Assembly: GCF_004010195.1 (NCBI RefSeq)
Contig: NC_057751.1
Span: 17,063,901-17,127,900 of the forward strand
DNA from: Chiloscyllium plagiosum
Taxonomy: Eukaryota
Reading direction: 5' to 3'
Length of the DNA: 64,000 bases
Under the pieces are notes generated by a model, which saw only the letters and a program-made list of their open reading frames with translations, did not search any database and was not told the DNA's origin. Positions 1 through 11,740 of this stretch are shown here, one piece after another (position 1 is the first letter of the stretch; each line of letters starts with the position of its first letter). A program made the position numbers and the translations under genes.

Positions 1-171
1 GAGAGAGAGAGACGGAGAGAGAGAGACAGAGTGAGAGAGACACAAACACACAGAGACAGAGAGAGAGAGAGACAGAGAGGGAGAGAGACAGAGAGAGTGA
101 GAGAGAGAGAGCGAGAGAGAGAGCAAGAGACATAAGGGCACACTGGGAAAAGACTTGGCAATATGGTGACT

Positions 172-467
172 TTGGGCTGCACAGTGGCTCAGTGGTTAGC
201 ACTGCCACCTCACGGCGCCAGGGACCCAGGTGTGATTCCAGCCTCAGGTGACTGTCTGTGTGGAGTCTTCACATTCTCGCCCTGTGTCTGCGTGGGTTTC
301 CTCCCGCAATCCAAAGATGTGCAGGTTAGGGTGAATTGGCTGTGCTAAATTACCCATAGTGCTCAGGGTTGTGTAGATTAGATGCATTACTCAGGGCTAT
401 TCTAGGGTAGGGGAATGGGTCTGGGTGGGTTACTCTTCGGAGGGTCGGTGTGGACTGGTTGGGCCGA
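172..467 (+). mobile_element. tRNA-derived SINE (HE1-like)
   Basis: tggctcagtggttagcac A-box, degenerate B-box, shared SINE body and 3' gggccgaa motif. Confidence 0.8.
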
Positions 468-622
468 ATGATTCTAATAGGGAAGGCCAATGGAATGTGG
501 GCCTTTATCGCAAAGGGAATGGAATATAAAAGTGGTCAGGTTTTGCCAAAACTGGACACGGCACTAGTGAGACCACAGGTGGAATACTGTGAATGGTTGT
601 GGGGCCCTGTATCTGAGGAAAG

Positions 623-679
623 CTATCTGGATTAGTGGTGCTGGAAAAGCACAGCAGTTCAGGCAGCATCCGCGGAGCG
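623..679. mobile_element. Truncated single arm of the hairpin Penelope-derived repeat, with TSD
   Basis: gctggaaaagcacagcag..caggcagcatcc flanked by the direct repeat tctgaggaaag (612-622 and 680-690) inside a CR1 fragment. Confidence 0.65.
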
Positions 680-1133
680 TCTGAGGAAAGATAGACTGCC
701 CATTGGAGGCAGCCCAGAGGTTCACTCGGCTGATCCTGGGGATGGAGGGACTGTCTTACAAGGAGCCGTTGAGTAGGTCAGGGCCTATACACATTTAAAA
801 GAATGAATGAGACAACCTTATTGAAACGTACAAGATTCTTAGAGGGACTGGACAGGGGGAAATGTGGAGAGGTTGCTGCCCCTGTGGGAGAGTCTCGGAC
901 CAGAGTAAGGGGTCAGCCATTGATCACAGAGATGAGGAGGAATTTCTTCACTCTGAGGGGATTCTCTCCCACAGATGGCGGGGGTCGTGAAATCTGCTCA
1001 AGGCTTAGCGACAGGTCTTTAAATCAAGACGGGTTTCCCCAGGAGTTGGAGCAAGTGGGAAGGGAGACCGACCCAGCCGGCGCCAGTCCGAGCGCTGGGA
1101 CCGATGGCGCGCCAGCGAAGATGCCAAGCTTAC

Positions 1134-1367
1134 TGCGGGTGCTTCTTGTAGACAGTCCCGTCCACTCCGATGGTGGTCCGCAGCCTCTCGAGCCCTTTGT
1201 TCTCCTTGAGGCGCCTCAGGACCGCTGCCAGGGTGGCAGCGCAGAGATCCGATGAGCGGCTCGACACAATGGTGCAGACCCGCTGGGTGGCCGCGCAGTC
1301 ATCGGCGCTGGCTTCGATGCCCAGCTTGGCGAGAATCTCCTGAGCCTTCTGCAGACCATCGCTGTCC
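1134..1367 (-). CDS. HK2: Hexokinase 2 exon 9 ([12 protein letters not shown]...[13 protein letters not shown])
   Basis: GVDGxVYKKHP motif; cccag| and |gtaagc; 234 bp. Confidence 0.96.
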
Positions 1368-1689
1368 CTGGGTTGAGGGGTTGAGGGGTGGGGGGGTGGG
1401 GGGGGGTGAGGGGAGAAGAATGTAAAGGGCACTCCATCGACTGGCATCATTACCTTCGTTGCCCGCACCCCGTTTTACCCACCACTCCTCTCTCCCAAAC
1501 CGGGTGCAACTCCATCCTGGACACAGGGAGAAGACCCTTCGATGGCCGCACACCATTCTATCCCACCTTCAACTACCACTCTCCCTTCCCTCACATCCTT
1601 CACTTTTCCCCGGGAGATCGAAATATAGAAACGTACGTGCGTTACGTAAGGTATGAACAGCCCAGTTGGGGCAAAACACTCCTTGTTAC

Positions 1690-2240
1690 TGTATCTTGAG
1701 TTGGGAAGTCAGGTTGTGTAGGACGTTGGTGAGGCCTCTTTGGGAATACTGTGTCCAGTTCTCTTATAGGAAGGACACTGTTAAGCTGGAAAATGTTCAG
1801 AAGAGATTTACCAGGGTGTTGCCAGGAAGGGACGGTCTGAGTTATAAACATTGTTATACTGAAACGTAGGAGGTTGAGAGGCCACCTGATAGAAGTTTAT
1901 AAAACCAAGAAGGGGTTTAGCTAGATTTGATGGTCGTTCTCTTTTCCCTGGGGTGGGGGATTATCAAGAATAGAGGCCACATTTTTAAGGCGAGAGGAGA
2001 GCGAGATTTTAAAAAAGGGATCAAGTTTTACACAGCGGGGTGTGGAATGAACTTGCAAAGGAAGTGGTGGATGTGGGGTACAGTTACAACTTCGAAAAGG
2101 CTTTTGGATGACGGCATGAATGGGAAAGGTTTGGAGGGATATGGATCAGGAGCGTGCAGGTGGGCCAGGTTAGTTTGGGATTATGGTTGACATGGACCGG
2201 TTGGACCCCAGGGTCTGTTTCGGAGCTGCATGACTCGGTT
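1690..2240 (+). mobile_element. CR1/HER1-like LINE 3' fragment
   Basis: LVRPLWEYCVQF...KLENVQKRFTRVLPG, the C-terminal motif of CR1 ORF2. Confidence 0.8.
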
Positions 2241-2525
2241 TGAGAATCAGAAATCAATTGCCCCTTCTCGAAGAGATACATTTGTAAATGACGGCAACGC
2301 GATTTGGTTCACGTGCCCAGAATAGTTCAAAGCTCCCTCCCTGACAGACAGTATTACTCACTATTGAGTTGATGCAAAAATAAATGGGGCGGACCAGAGA
2401 CATTCAGACTGCTCCCACTCCAAAGCCAGAGTTTCTCCGGGAATTCCTCTGTCGATCTCAATCTCCTGGCACCCGCTCCATCAGCCCCCTCAGCAAGAAG
2501 CATTTCAGATCAACGCGGTACTCAC

Positions 2526-2681
2526 TTCTCAATCGCTGACACGTATCTGGTCTCGAAGTGACCTTTGATGAGCAGCTCTGGTGAAAGCTTTCCTTCGAAT
2601 AACAGGCCATCTTTGGCCATTTGGACGAGGATAATTCGGACCAGCTCCCCCATGTACATCCCACTAATGAGCTTCTCAAAC
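2526..2681 (-). CDS. HK2: Hexokinase 2 exon 8 ([15 protein letters not shown]...SAIEK)
   Basis: FEKxISGMYxGE motif; caaag| acceptor and |gtgagt donor; 156 bp. Confidence 0.95.
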
Positions 2682-3015
2682 CTTTGAAAGAAACAAAAAC
2701 GAGTCATCATGGGCCGCAGAGTGCTCCCGATACAGCGTTTCCAAGCTCACTATACCAGAGCTGGCACTAATGCCACGCAGGTGAAATGCAGGCCCAGCCT
2801 GGTCAGAGAACAGAAAAGAACGATTAAAAATCTGAAATGAGAAGCTACATATGTCACAAGTGTTGGAAAAACCCACCGGGGTCACTAATGCCCTGAAACT
2901 CGGCCCCTCCCCTCGATCCACGTGACTCCAGAACAGTCTAAAGCGGTCAAGAATGTTTATAAGACAGAGTTAGATCTTGGCACCAGAGGATACAGGGGGA
3001 GGGGAGGGGGGATGT

Positions 3016-3062
<47 letters not shown>

Positions 3063-4315
3063 GAGAGAAGGGAGAGAGAGCGACAGAGCGAGAGAATGGA
3101 AAGGAGGAACTGAATTGGATGAAATGCCCTAATCTTCCGAAAGGGCCAAATGGCTTGCTTCTGCTCCTATTTCCTCTATGGCTCAGCACCATCCTCTGGG
3201 CATTGAGGAACAGACAGTCAAAGTGAGAAGGTTATGTTGAACCTGTATATAACATTAGCCTGGCTTCAGCTGGGGCTATCATGTCCAGTTCTGGGCCCCG
3301 TGCTTCAAGAAGGATGGGTAAGGACATCAGAGAGCGTGCGTTGAAGATTAAAAAGGACAGGTCCAGGAACAAAGTCCTTTAGTTATGAAGATAGATGGGA
3401 GTTGCTGGGTCTGTACTCCCTGGCAATGGGCTGAATGTCCTCATTCTGCCCTCAGTGATTCTGGGAGAAGGGGGGAAGAGAAACCCCAAGATGGTTACTC
3501 TCTGGTCTGGCCAAGTTTCCATTCAGCTCAAACTCTGTTTGACTGCATGGCCCTTTGGGTAATTTACATGTTGGAATACTCCCTGACGATCACTCTTTCA
3601 CATGCACTCTCTCACAGATGCACACAAACACTCATTCACACTAATGTACATTTGCACACACAGGCACACCGTAAACACACACTCAGGTGCACTCAAACAC
3701 ATAAGCGGATTCACACACATGTACAAAATCTCACACACACACACACACACCACAGAAGACGCAAACATGCACATGCACACATACACAAACTCTGACACAC
3801 TCCCACAGACACCGACACACACAGTCTTCATATTGTGACAGTACAAACCATAGATTTCACTCCCGTTACAAAGGCCTTGTGCTCATTGTGAAGAAGACAG
3901 CTGGCAGGTAAATGGCCTGACCTTTATTTCCAGTGAGTGTTCTGACAATGTAATCACCTGCAGGGTAGGGGCTGTCAGCGTACACACGGGAGGTACACGC
4001 CCTCGTGGCTGGTATATGACAACTTTATTTGGTGCTGCGAGAAAGCACAGCATTGTCGCCCATCCCGAGCTGCCCTTGAACGGATTTCACAAGTCAATCA
4101 CATTTGCCGTGGGTCTGGAGTCACGGGTCGGCCCAGACTGGGTGAAGGCGGCAGCTTTCCTTCCAGGAGGGCACGTTACTGACTGGCGATTTGAACACCG
4201 ATCGATGATTGTTGTGGTGGTCGCCTCTGCCGAGGTCGGCACTCAGTGCCAACACCCCAGTGCCCAGTCATCGCCACCCTCCCCCCCCCACCCCTACTAC
4301 TCCGCACCCACTCAC

Positions 4316-4499
4316 AGCTGCTTCCCGGGGTTGATGGAGCCTCTGTCAATCTCTCGGTCAAACTCCGTCCGGATATCGTCCAGCTCTCCAAAGTCTCCGA
4401 AGGCGCCCCACTCCATGTTGATACACATCCTGCCCTCGTCCCCCTCCACCATGTCAATGTACTGCATCTCCTCCATGTAGCAGGCATTGGTGCCTGTAC
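4316..4499 (-). CDS. HK2: Hexokinase 2 exon 7 ([12 protein letters not shown]...[10 protein letters not shown]...SINPGKQL)
   Basis: GTGxNACYME and NMEWGAFG motifs read by hand (missed by the ORF track); tatag| and |gtgagt; 184 bp. Confidence 0.96.
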
Positions 4500-4751
4500 C
4501 TATAAAATAAAAAAAGCTACTGGGTTACCGAGCTAAAGAACAACACCAGGTCACTTCATTTCATATCTTACCACCTCCACTGGCGCTGAAGGTACCTATC
4601 ACTTCTGCATAAAATACTTTCCTCACACATAGTCAGAGAGACATACAGCACAGAAACAGACCCTTCGGTCCAACCCGTCCATGCCGACCGGATATCCCAA
4701 CCCAACCTAGTCCCATTTGCCAGCACCCGGCCCATATCCCTCTAAACCCTG

Positions 4752-5333
4752 GCACTGTGGCTCAGCGGTCAGCACTGCTGCCTGACGGCGCCAGGGTCCC
4801 AGGTTCGATTCCAGCCTCGGATGACTGTCTGTGTGGAGTTTGCACGTTCTCCCCGTGTCTGCGTGGGTTTCCTCCAGGTGCTCCGGTTTCCTCCCATAGT
4901 CACAAAGATCTGCAGGTTAGTGTGGATTGGGCATGCTAAGTTACCCATAGTGCTCAGGGATGTGTAGGTTAGGGTCAATTGGCCATGCTAAATTATCCAT
5001 AGTGCCCAGGGATGTGCAGGTTAGAGTGGATTGGCTGTGCTAAATTACCCATAGTGTTCAAGGATGTGCAGGTTAGGGTGGATTGGCCATGCTAAATTAC
5101 CCATAGTATTCAGGGACGTGCAGGTTAGGATGGATTGGCCATGCTAAATTACCCATAGTGTTCAGGGATGTGCAGGTTAGGGTGAATTGGCCGTGCTAAA
5201 TTACCCATAGTGTTAGGTGCATTAGTCAGAGGCAAATGGGTCTGGGTGGGTTGCTCTTTGGAGGGTTGGTGAGGACTTGTTGGGCCGAAGGGCCTGTTTC
5301 CACACGGTAGGGAATCTAATCTAATCTAATCTG
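4752..5333 (+). mobile_element. HE1-like SINE with internal 52-bp tandem expansion (about 6 units)
   Basis: tRNA head, repeated ggatgtgcaggttagggtggattggccatgctaaattacccatagtg, (tctaa)n tail. Confidence 0.9.
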
Positions 5334-5899
5334 ATCCCTGTGGGAACACGTTGGTCAGGGATCTCTGGTTAAAAAAATACATCTCCACAACTATCCTCTG
5401 TCTTCTATCATCAAGCCATTTATGTTCAACCTACCAACTCACAGTGAATGCCATGTGATTTAATCTTCTGGACTAGCCTCCCATGAGAAGCTTGTCAAAT
5501 GTTTCATTTAGTAAAGTCTGTGTAGACAACATCCACTGCCCTATCCCCATCAATCACTTCCTCAAAAAAAGCAATCCGATTTGTAAGAGAAGATCCGTCC
5601 TGCACAAAACCACGCTGACCATCCCTCATTAGCCCACTCTTTTCCCCGTCCCTAAGAATTCTGATAGTGAGGGATGGCCAAAGGGGAGAGAGGAGTAGGA
5701 TTTGTTTTTAAATCGGCAAGGTGGAGGGGGTTACAATAAGCAGGGAATGCGCTGTCTGACAAACTGCAGGAGAGAAAGGGGAGGAGGCCAGGAGCTGAGC
5801 TCAGGTGGAGGAGTGGGCTTGAGTTGGAATACAGAGCTAGCACCAGGTCAAAGGGGCCAAATGGTTCAGGCACCCTCCCAGCCCGGCAACGCAATCAGA

Positions 5900-6890
5900 C
5901 TGATGTCGTTGTTGGAGGCTAAGACGGTGAAGATTATCTAAGATAACAAAGAGATCTTGATCAGATGGGCCAATGGGCTAAGGAATGACAGAAAAATGCA
6001 GGGTGTTGCATTGTGGGAATGCAAATCAGGGCATGACTTACACAGTTCATGGCAGGGCTCTGGGCAGTGTTGTCAAATAGAGAGACCTAGTGGGTGCAGG
6101 TATATAGTTCCTTGAAAGTGCCGTCGCAGGTCGGTAGGGTAGTGAAGGAGGTGTTTGGCGTGCTTGCCTTCATTGAACAGAGCATTGAGTTTAGAGTTGG
6201 GAGGTCATGCTGCAGTTGTACAGGATGTTGGCAAGGCCACATTTGGAGTACTGCGTACAATTCTGGTCGCCCAGCTATAGGAAGGATGTTATTAAACTGG
6301 AAAAAGTGCAGAAAAGACTTGCCAGGATGTTTACTGGGACTGCAAGGTTTGAGCTATGGGATAAATAGACAAAGTCTTTTCCCTGGGGTGGGTGAGTCCA
6401 GAACTAGAGGGCCATAGGTTTAGGGTGAGAGGGGAAAGATATAAAAGAGACTTAAGGGGCAACGTTTCAAGGGTCTGTTTACACGCTGTATATCTCTATG
6501 ACTCTAAGAGGCTGGATAGGCTGAGGGATGATGTCATCGAGGTATATAAAATCATGAAGGGCTTGGATAGGGTGAAGAGCCAAGGTCTTTTCCCCAGAAT
6601 AGGGGAGTCCAGAACTAAAGTGCATAGGTTGAAGGTGAGAGGGGCAAGATTTAAAAGGGACCTGAGGGGCAACATTTTCACACAGAGGGTGGTGCGTATA
6701 GGGGACGAGATGCCAGAGAAAGTGGTGGAGGTGGGAATAGTTACAACATTTAAAAGGCATCTGGACAGAGAAGTGGACAGGAAGGGTTCAGAAGGAGTTG
6801 AGCCAAATGCGCCCAGTTCAGTTTGTGCCACCCGGTCGGCATGGACGTGTTGGGCCAAAGGGTCTGTTTCCGGGCTGAATGACTCTGTGA
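5900..6890 (+). mobile_element. CR1/HER1-like LINE 3' fragments (two adjacent)
   Basis: [19 protein letters not shown]...[13 protein letters not shown]; ctatgactct tail near 6496. Confidence 0.8.
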
Positions 6891-6971
6891 CTTGAGCGCC
6901 AATTCCTCCCGTATCCCCACCACGCCAAGATATAATCAGAAATACAAGAAGGTTAGAAACATAGGACCTAC

Positions 6972-7071
6972 CAACAATCAGCCCAATCTCACAGTTGTGG
7001 TCATCGTAACCGCAAGTCATCATGGTCCCCACTGTGTCATTGACGACGGAAACAACATCAATGTCAAAGTC
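6972..7071 (-). CDS. HK2: Hexokinase 2 exon 6 ([33 protein letters not shown])
   Basis: Catalytic-Asp motif VVNDTVG; acag| and |gtaggt; 100 bp. Confidence 0.96.
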
Positions 7072-7258
7072 CTGTTTCACGAGACGGGGAGGAGAGGGGA
7101 GAGAAATTCAGTCAATGTTTCACGGTTGAGACACAGTTAATCCCGGAATGCACGGCTACTCGCATCTCCTCCCACAGAAACCTCTCCTGCTTAAAAATGC
7201 AACTAAAATTAAAAGAAAAAAAGAGCCTTCCTCAGAGAGCAAAGGCGCCAGGTCTTAC

Positions 7259-7354
7259 CCCGCGCCTCGTAATCGCCTGTCGGAGGAGAGTGACCACATC
7301 GCACCCCTCCACTCCGCTCGCCTTAAATCCCTTCGTCCAGTGAACCAAGATACT
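7259..7354 (-). CDS. HK2: Hexokinase 2 exon 5 ([32 protein letters not shown])
   Basis: WTKGF sugar-binding motif; ctgcag| and |gtaaga; 96 bp. Confidence 0.96.
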
Positions 7355-7934
7355 CTGCAGCAGAAAGCAGGGAGAAAAAAACACGACCCAAATTAGACGC
7401 CACACTCGAAAGCAACAGGCTGTAAAGCGCGAGGTTCGAACCAACAGGGGATGATGTATTGGTGTAAAAGCTGGAGCAGAGGGAGCTGGGGGCACATCTA
7501 CCCATTGCCCAAGGGGAGAGAGCAGTTTATAAAGCACACAGTTTTCGTCAGCTTTATTAATTGGGGCACAGAGCACAAGACACCTTGTGCAAGACACCCG
7601 TTAGGCCCCAGCTGTATCATGTACAGTTATGGGCACCGCATTATCGAGAAGGGCGAACACATTGGAAAGACAGGCTACAGAAGCGATTTACAAGAACGGT
7701 TCCAGGGATGAGAAACTTCTGGACCAAAGAAGTCGGGACTGTTCTCCTCGGAGAGGAGAGGGAGATTTTGAGAGAGGTTTTCGAAATCACGAGTGAGCGG
7801 GAGACAGTACAGGGGGAGAAGCTGCGCCTGCACCTGTCGGAAATGAGAACGAGAGGGGTTGAGATTTAAAATGACGCGCAAAAGAAGCAAGGGGGAACGT
7901 GAGAAATTTGCTTTGACTGTGGAGGTCGTAGAAT

Positions 7935-9530
7935 CCCTACAGTGTGGAAACAGGCCATTTCGCCCAACAAGTCCACACTGGTTCTCCGAAGAGTAACCTT
8001 CCCCTACCCTATTGGTCTACACTTCCCCTGACAAATGCACCGAGCCGATACATCACTGAATACTATGGGTAATTTAGCATGGCCAATCCACCCTAACCTG
8101 CACATCCCTGAGCACTANNNNNNNNNNNNNNNNNNNNNNNNNNNNNNNNNNNNNNNNNNNNNNNNNNNNNNNNNNNNNNNNNNNNNNNNNNNNNNNNNNN
8201 NNNNNNNNNNNNNNNNNNNNNNNNNNNNNNNNNNNNNNNNNNNNNNNNNNNNNNNNNNNNNNNNNNNNNNNNNNNNNNNNNNNNNNNNNNNNNNNNNNNN
8301 NNNNNNNNNNNNNNNNNNNNNNNNNNNNNNNNNNNNNNNNNNNNNNNNNNNNNNNNNNNNNNNNNNNNNNNNNNNNNNNNNNNNNNNNNNNNNNNNNNNN
8401 NNNNNNNNNNNNNNNNNNNNNNNNNNNNNNNNNNNNNNNNNNNNNNNNNNNNNNNNNNNNNNNNNNNNNNNNNNNNNNNNNNNNNNNNNNNNNNNNNNNN
8501 NNNNNNNNNNNNNNNNNNNNNNNNNNNNNNNNNNNNNNNNNNNNNNNNNNNNNNNNNNNNNNNNNNNNNNNNNNNNNNNNNNNNNNNNNNNNNNNNNNNN
8601 NNNNNNNNNNNNNNNNNNNNNNNNNNNNNNNNNNNNNNNNNNNNNNNNNNNNNNNNNNNNNNNNNNNNNNNNNNNNNNNNNNNNNNNNNNNNNNNNNNNN
8701 NNNNNNNNNNNNNNNNNNNNNNNNNNNNNNNNNNNNNNNNNNNNNNNNNNNNNNNNNNNNNNNNNNNNNNNNNNNNNNNNNNNNNNNNNNNNNNNNNNNN
8801 NNNNNNNNNNNNNNNNNNNNNNNNNNNNNNNNNNNNNNNNNNNNNNNNNNNNNNNNNNNNNNNNNNNNNNNNNNNNNNNNNNNNNNNNNNNNNNNNNNNN
8901 NNNNNNNNNNNNNNNNNNNNNNNNNNNNNNNNNNNNCCCATAGTGTTCAGGGATGTGCAGGTTAGGGTGAATTGGCCGTGCTAAATTGCCCATAGTGTTC
9001 AGGGATGTGCAGGTTAGGGTGGATTGGCCATGCTAAATTACCCATAGTGCTCAGGGATGTGCAGGGTAGGGTGGTTTGGCCATGCTAAATTACCCCATAG
9101 TGTTCAGAGATTTGCAGGTTAGGGTGAATTGGCCATGCTAAATCACCCATAGTTCTCAGGGATGTGCAGGTTAGGGTGGATTGGCCATGCTAAATTGTCC
9201 CATAGTGTTCAGGGATGTGCAGGGTAGGGTGGATTGGCCATGCTAAATTACCCCATAGTGTTCAGAGATGTATAGGCTCGGTGCATTAGTCAGGGGAAAT
9301 GTCGACCAATAGGGTTGGGGAATGGGTGTGGGCAGGTTACACTTCGGAGCCATAGTGTTCAGGGATGTGCAGGGTAGGGTGGATTGGCCATGCTAAATTA
9401 CCCATAGTGTTCAGAGATGTATAAACTCAGTGCATTAGTCAGGGGAAATGTCGACCAATAGGGTTGGGGAATGGGTGTGGGCAGGTTACACTTCGGAGGA
9501 TCAGTGTGGACTTGTTGGGCCATACTGTAG
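7935..9530. mobile_element. Oppositely oriented HE1-like SINE pieces with 52-bp arrays across an N gap
   Basis: Minus-strand SINE 3' end at 7935-8117; plus-strand 52-bp array and duplicated 3' end at 8937-9530. Confidence 0.75.
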
Positions 9531-9580
9531 GGTTTCTGTGACCTCCACAGTCAAAGCACTGCGGTATCTCTTTCTCTCAC

Positions 9581-9700
9581 CTCATCCAGCTTGGTCTGTT
9601 GACAGGGGAACGAGAAGGTAAAACCGAGAGGGAGTTTCTCATTTTTGATGTCCAGTTCCTCCATGACGCTCGCCAGGCAGTTGGCGATGTGATCGAAGAG
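9581..9700 (-). CDS. HK2: Hexokinase 2 exon 4 ([10 protein letters not shown]...[18 protein letters not shown])
   Basis: Hexokinase signature LGFTFSFP; cttcag| and |gtgaga; 120 bp. Confidence 0.96.
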
Positions 9701-11591
9701 CTGAAGAGGGAGGGAGGAAGGGGAAAGAGAAAAAGTAAACAACTGTCCAGTGCATACAGTGGCATCGAGGGGGAAACAATCGCTTGTGTCAGGCCCAGCA
9801 CTTATTGCCCCATCCCCTAATTGACCCTTTGAGAAGGTGGGGGGAGGGCGTGAGCTGCCATCTTGAACCGCTGTAGTCCGTGTGGTGTAGGGATCCCAAC
9901 GCAATGCTTTTAGGAGGGAGTTCCAGGATTTTTGACCCAGCGACACTGAAGGAACAGCCGATATATTTCCGAGTTGCGGACGGTGAGTGGCTCGGAGGGG
10001 AACTTGCAGGGGGGTGGTGTTCCCATGTATCTGCTGCCCCTTCCCAATGGAAGGTGCTGTCTGAGGAGCCTGGGGGAGTTGCTGCAGTGCGTCTTGTAGA
10101 TGGTACCCACTGCTGCTACTGAGCGTTGAGGGGGGTGGAGGGAGTGGGGATTTGTGGGTGTGGGGACAATCAAACTGGGGCTGCTCTGTCCCTGGATGGT
10201 GTCGAGCTTCTCGAGTGTTGTTGGAGCTGCCCCCCATCCAGGGCAAGTGGGGAGTATTCCACCACCCCCTCCTGACTTGGGCCTTGTCGATGGTGGGGAC
10301 AGGCTTTGGGGGGAGTCAGGAGGGGAGTTACTCGCTGCAGGATTCCCAGCCTCTTTATTGTTTATAGCCTCCGGCCTCTACTCCTAGCCTACGGGTAGAT
10401 TACTTCAGATTATTGGGGGCAATGTATTAGCGTAGATGGAGGATTGGCCAACGACCTGAATTGAGACAAGAGGGGGCAACTTTTCAATGGCAACTTGTAA
10501 TGAATGGGGTACCGCGGTTTTGCCGTGGTGCATTAGCGCCGTGAGAAGAGGAGGAAGACCACCCCTATGCCGTATCTTGTGCAAATCTGAGTCCTGGTGG
10601 CCTGGCATCCCTCTCGGGAGACAGCACCTGGCACCACCAGCGACTTCCATTCAAGGAAGAAGACAAGTAGAGAAGGCGGTTCAGGGAGTGTACGGGACAC
10701 TTGCCTTTATTCGGTGAGTCAAAGCAATAGGTAATGAGGTATACCATGAGGTTAGGTTACAAACGGAGGACCACGAATAGTTCCGCACTCTAGGAAGGGT
10801 GGCATCTCACTGGTGCAGGTGCAGAGGGTATTCACCGGGATGTTACCTGGGATGGAGCAGGTTAGCGATAAAGAGAGACTGGGGTTGAGTAGAGGGTCTG
10901 ACAGAAGGGACCTGATTGAGGTCCACAGAATTATGAGGGGCAGAGTGCTGGTGGATGGTAGTGGCGGGGAGCTTTTCCCTCTTTAGTAGAAGAGTTAGTA
11001 AGCAGGGAGCGTAGATGTAAGGTTAAAGGGTTTCAAGGGCAATGCGTTTTCCTTCTCGGAGTGGGAATCTGGGACCGAAAGGCTGGAAGAGGCCGGAAAC
11101 CCTCAGCACACATTGAAGGCGGGTTTCAATGGGAACTCGCGATGCCAAGGCTGGGTGAGGGGATGGGATGTCCTGCCCGGAGATGACAGGCCAAAGAGCC
11201 TCTCTCTCGAACCCAATTATAGTGTCATCGTTGTTGAGGGGGGTCTGCGACACTCCATGAGGACAAGAAAAGGGCACAGCAAGAGCCAACTTCAGCTTTG
11301 AATTGCCATGGATCCTGACCGGGGGCCACATCCACCTCCTAAATAGGAAGGATCCGGAGAGGTTCGGCAACTGCGGAGGAGAGAGGAGGCCTCCAAGTAA
11401 AGGGGTTCAAAAAGGACGGGGCTTTGGGGGTCGATGGAGCCCAGGTAGGATGGCCAATCATTGAATGCGGTTGGGTGGCAATGACTTGACGTTTCGACAG
11501 GGCACAGTCGGCTAGAGAGAGACCAAGGTTACAGTTGACCTCCCCAAGGGGGCTGGTGGAAACGAGGGTTTCCACAGGCTGGCACACCTAC

Positions 11592-11740
11592 CTGAGTGCC
11601 CGTCCCGTGCATCAGGTCTTCCGGAACGGCGCATATCCGGTTCTCGATCTCCACTTTCTGCTTCCCGTTGTCCGAAACCTTGACCCTCAGCACCCGGAAG
11701 TTAGTGCCCCCTAGATCGAGAGCCAGGAAATCGCCGCTCT
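11592..11740 (-). CDS. HK2: Hexokinase 2 exon 3 ([18 protein letters not shown]...GTGTQ)
   Basis: Phosphate-1 motif [11 protein letters not shown] (HK2-type; the HK1 N-half has GGSSFR); ggcag| and |gtaggt; 149 bp; phase joins exon 2. Confidence 0.96.

Noticed and set aside
8035..8993. Long X-containing ORFs (also at about 17.4-18.4 kb and 29.2-30.5 kb)
   Set aside because: Read-through of N gaps
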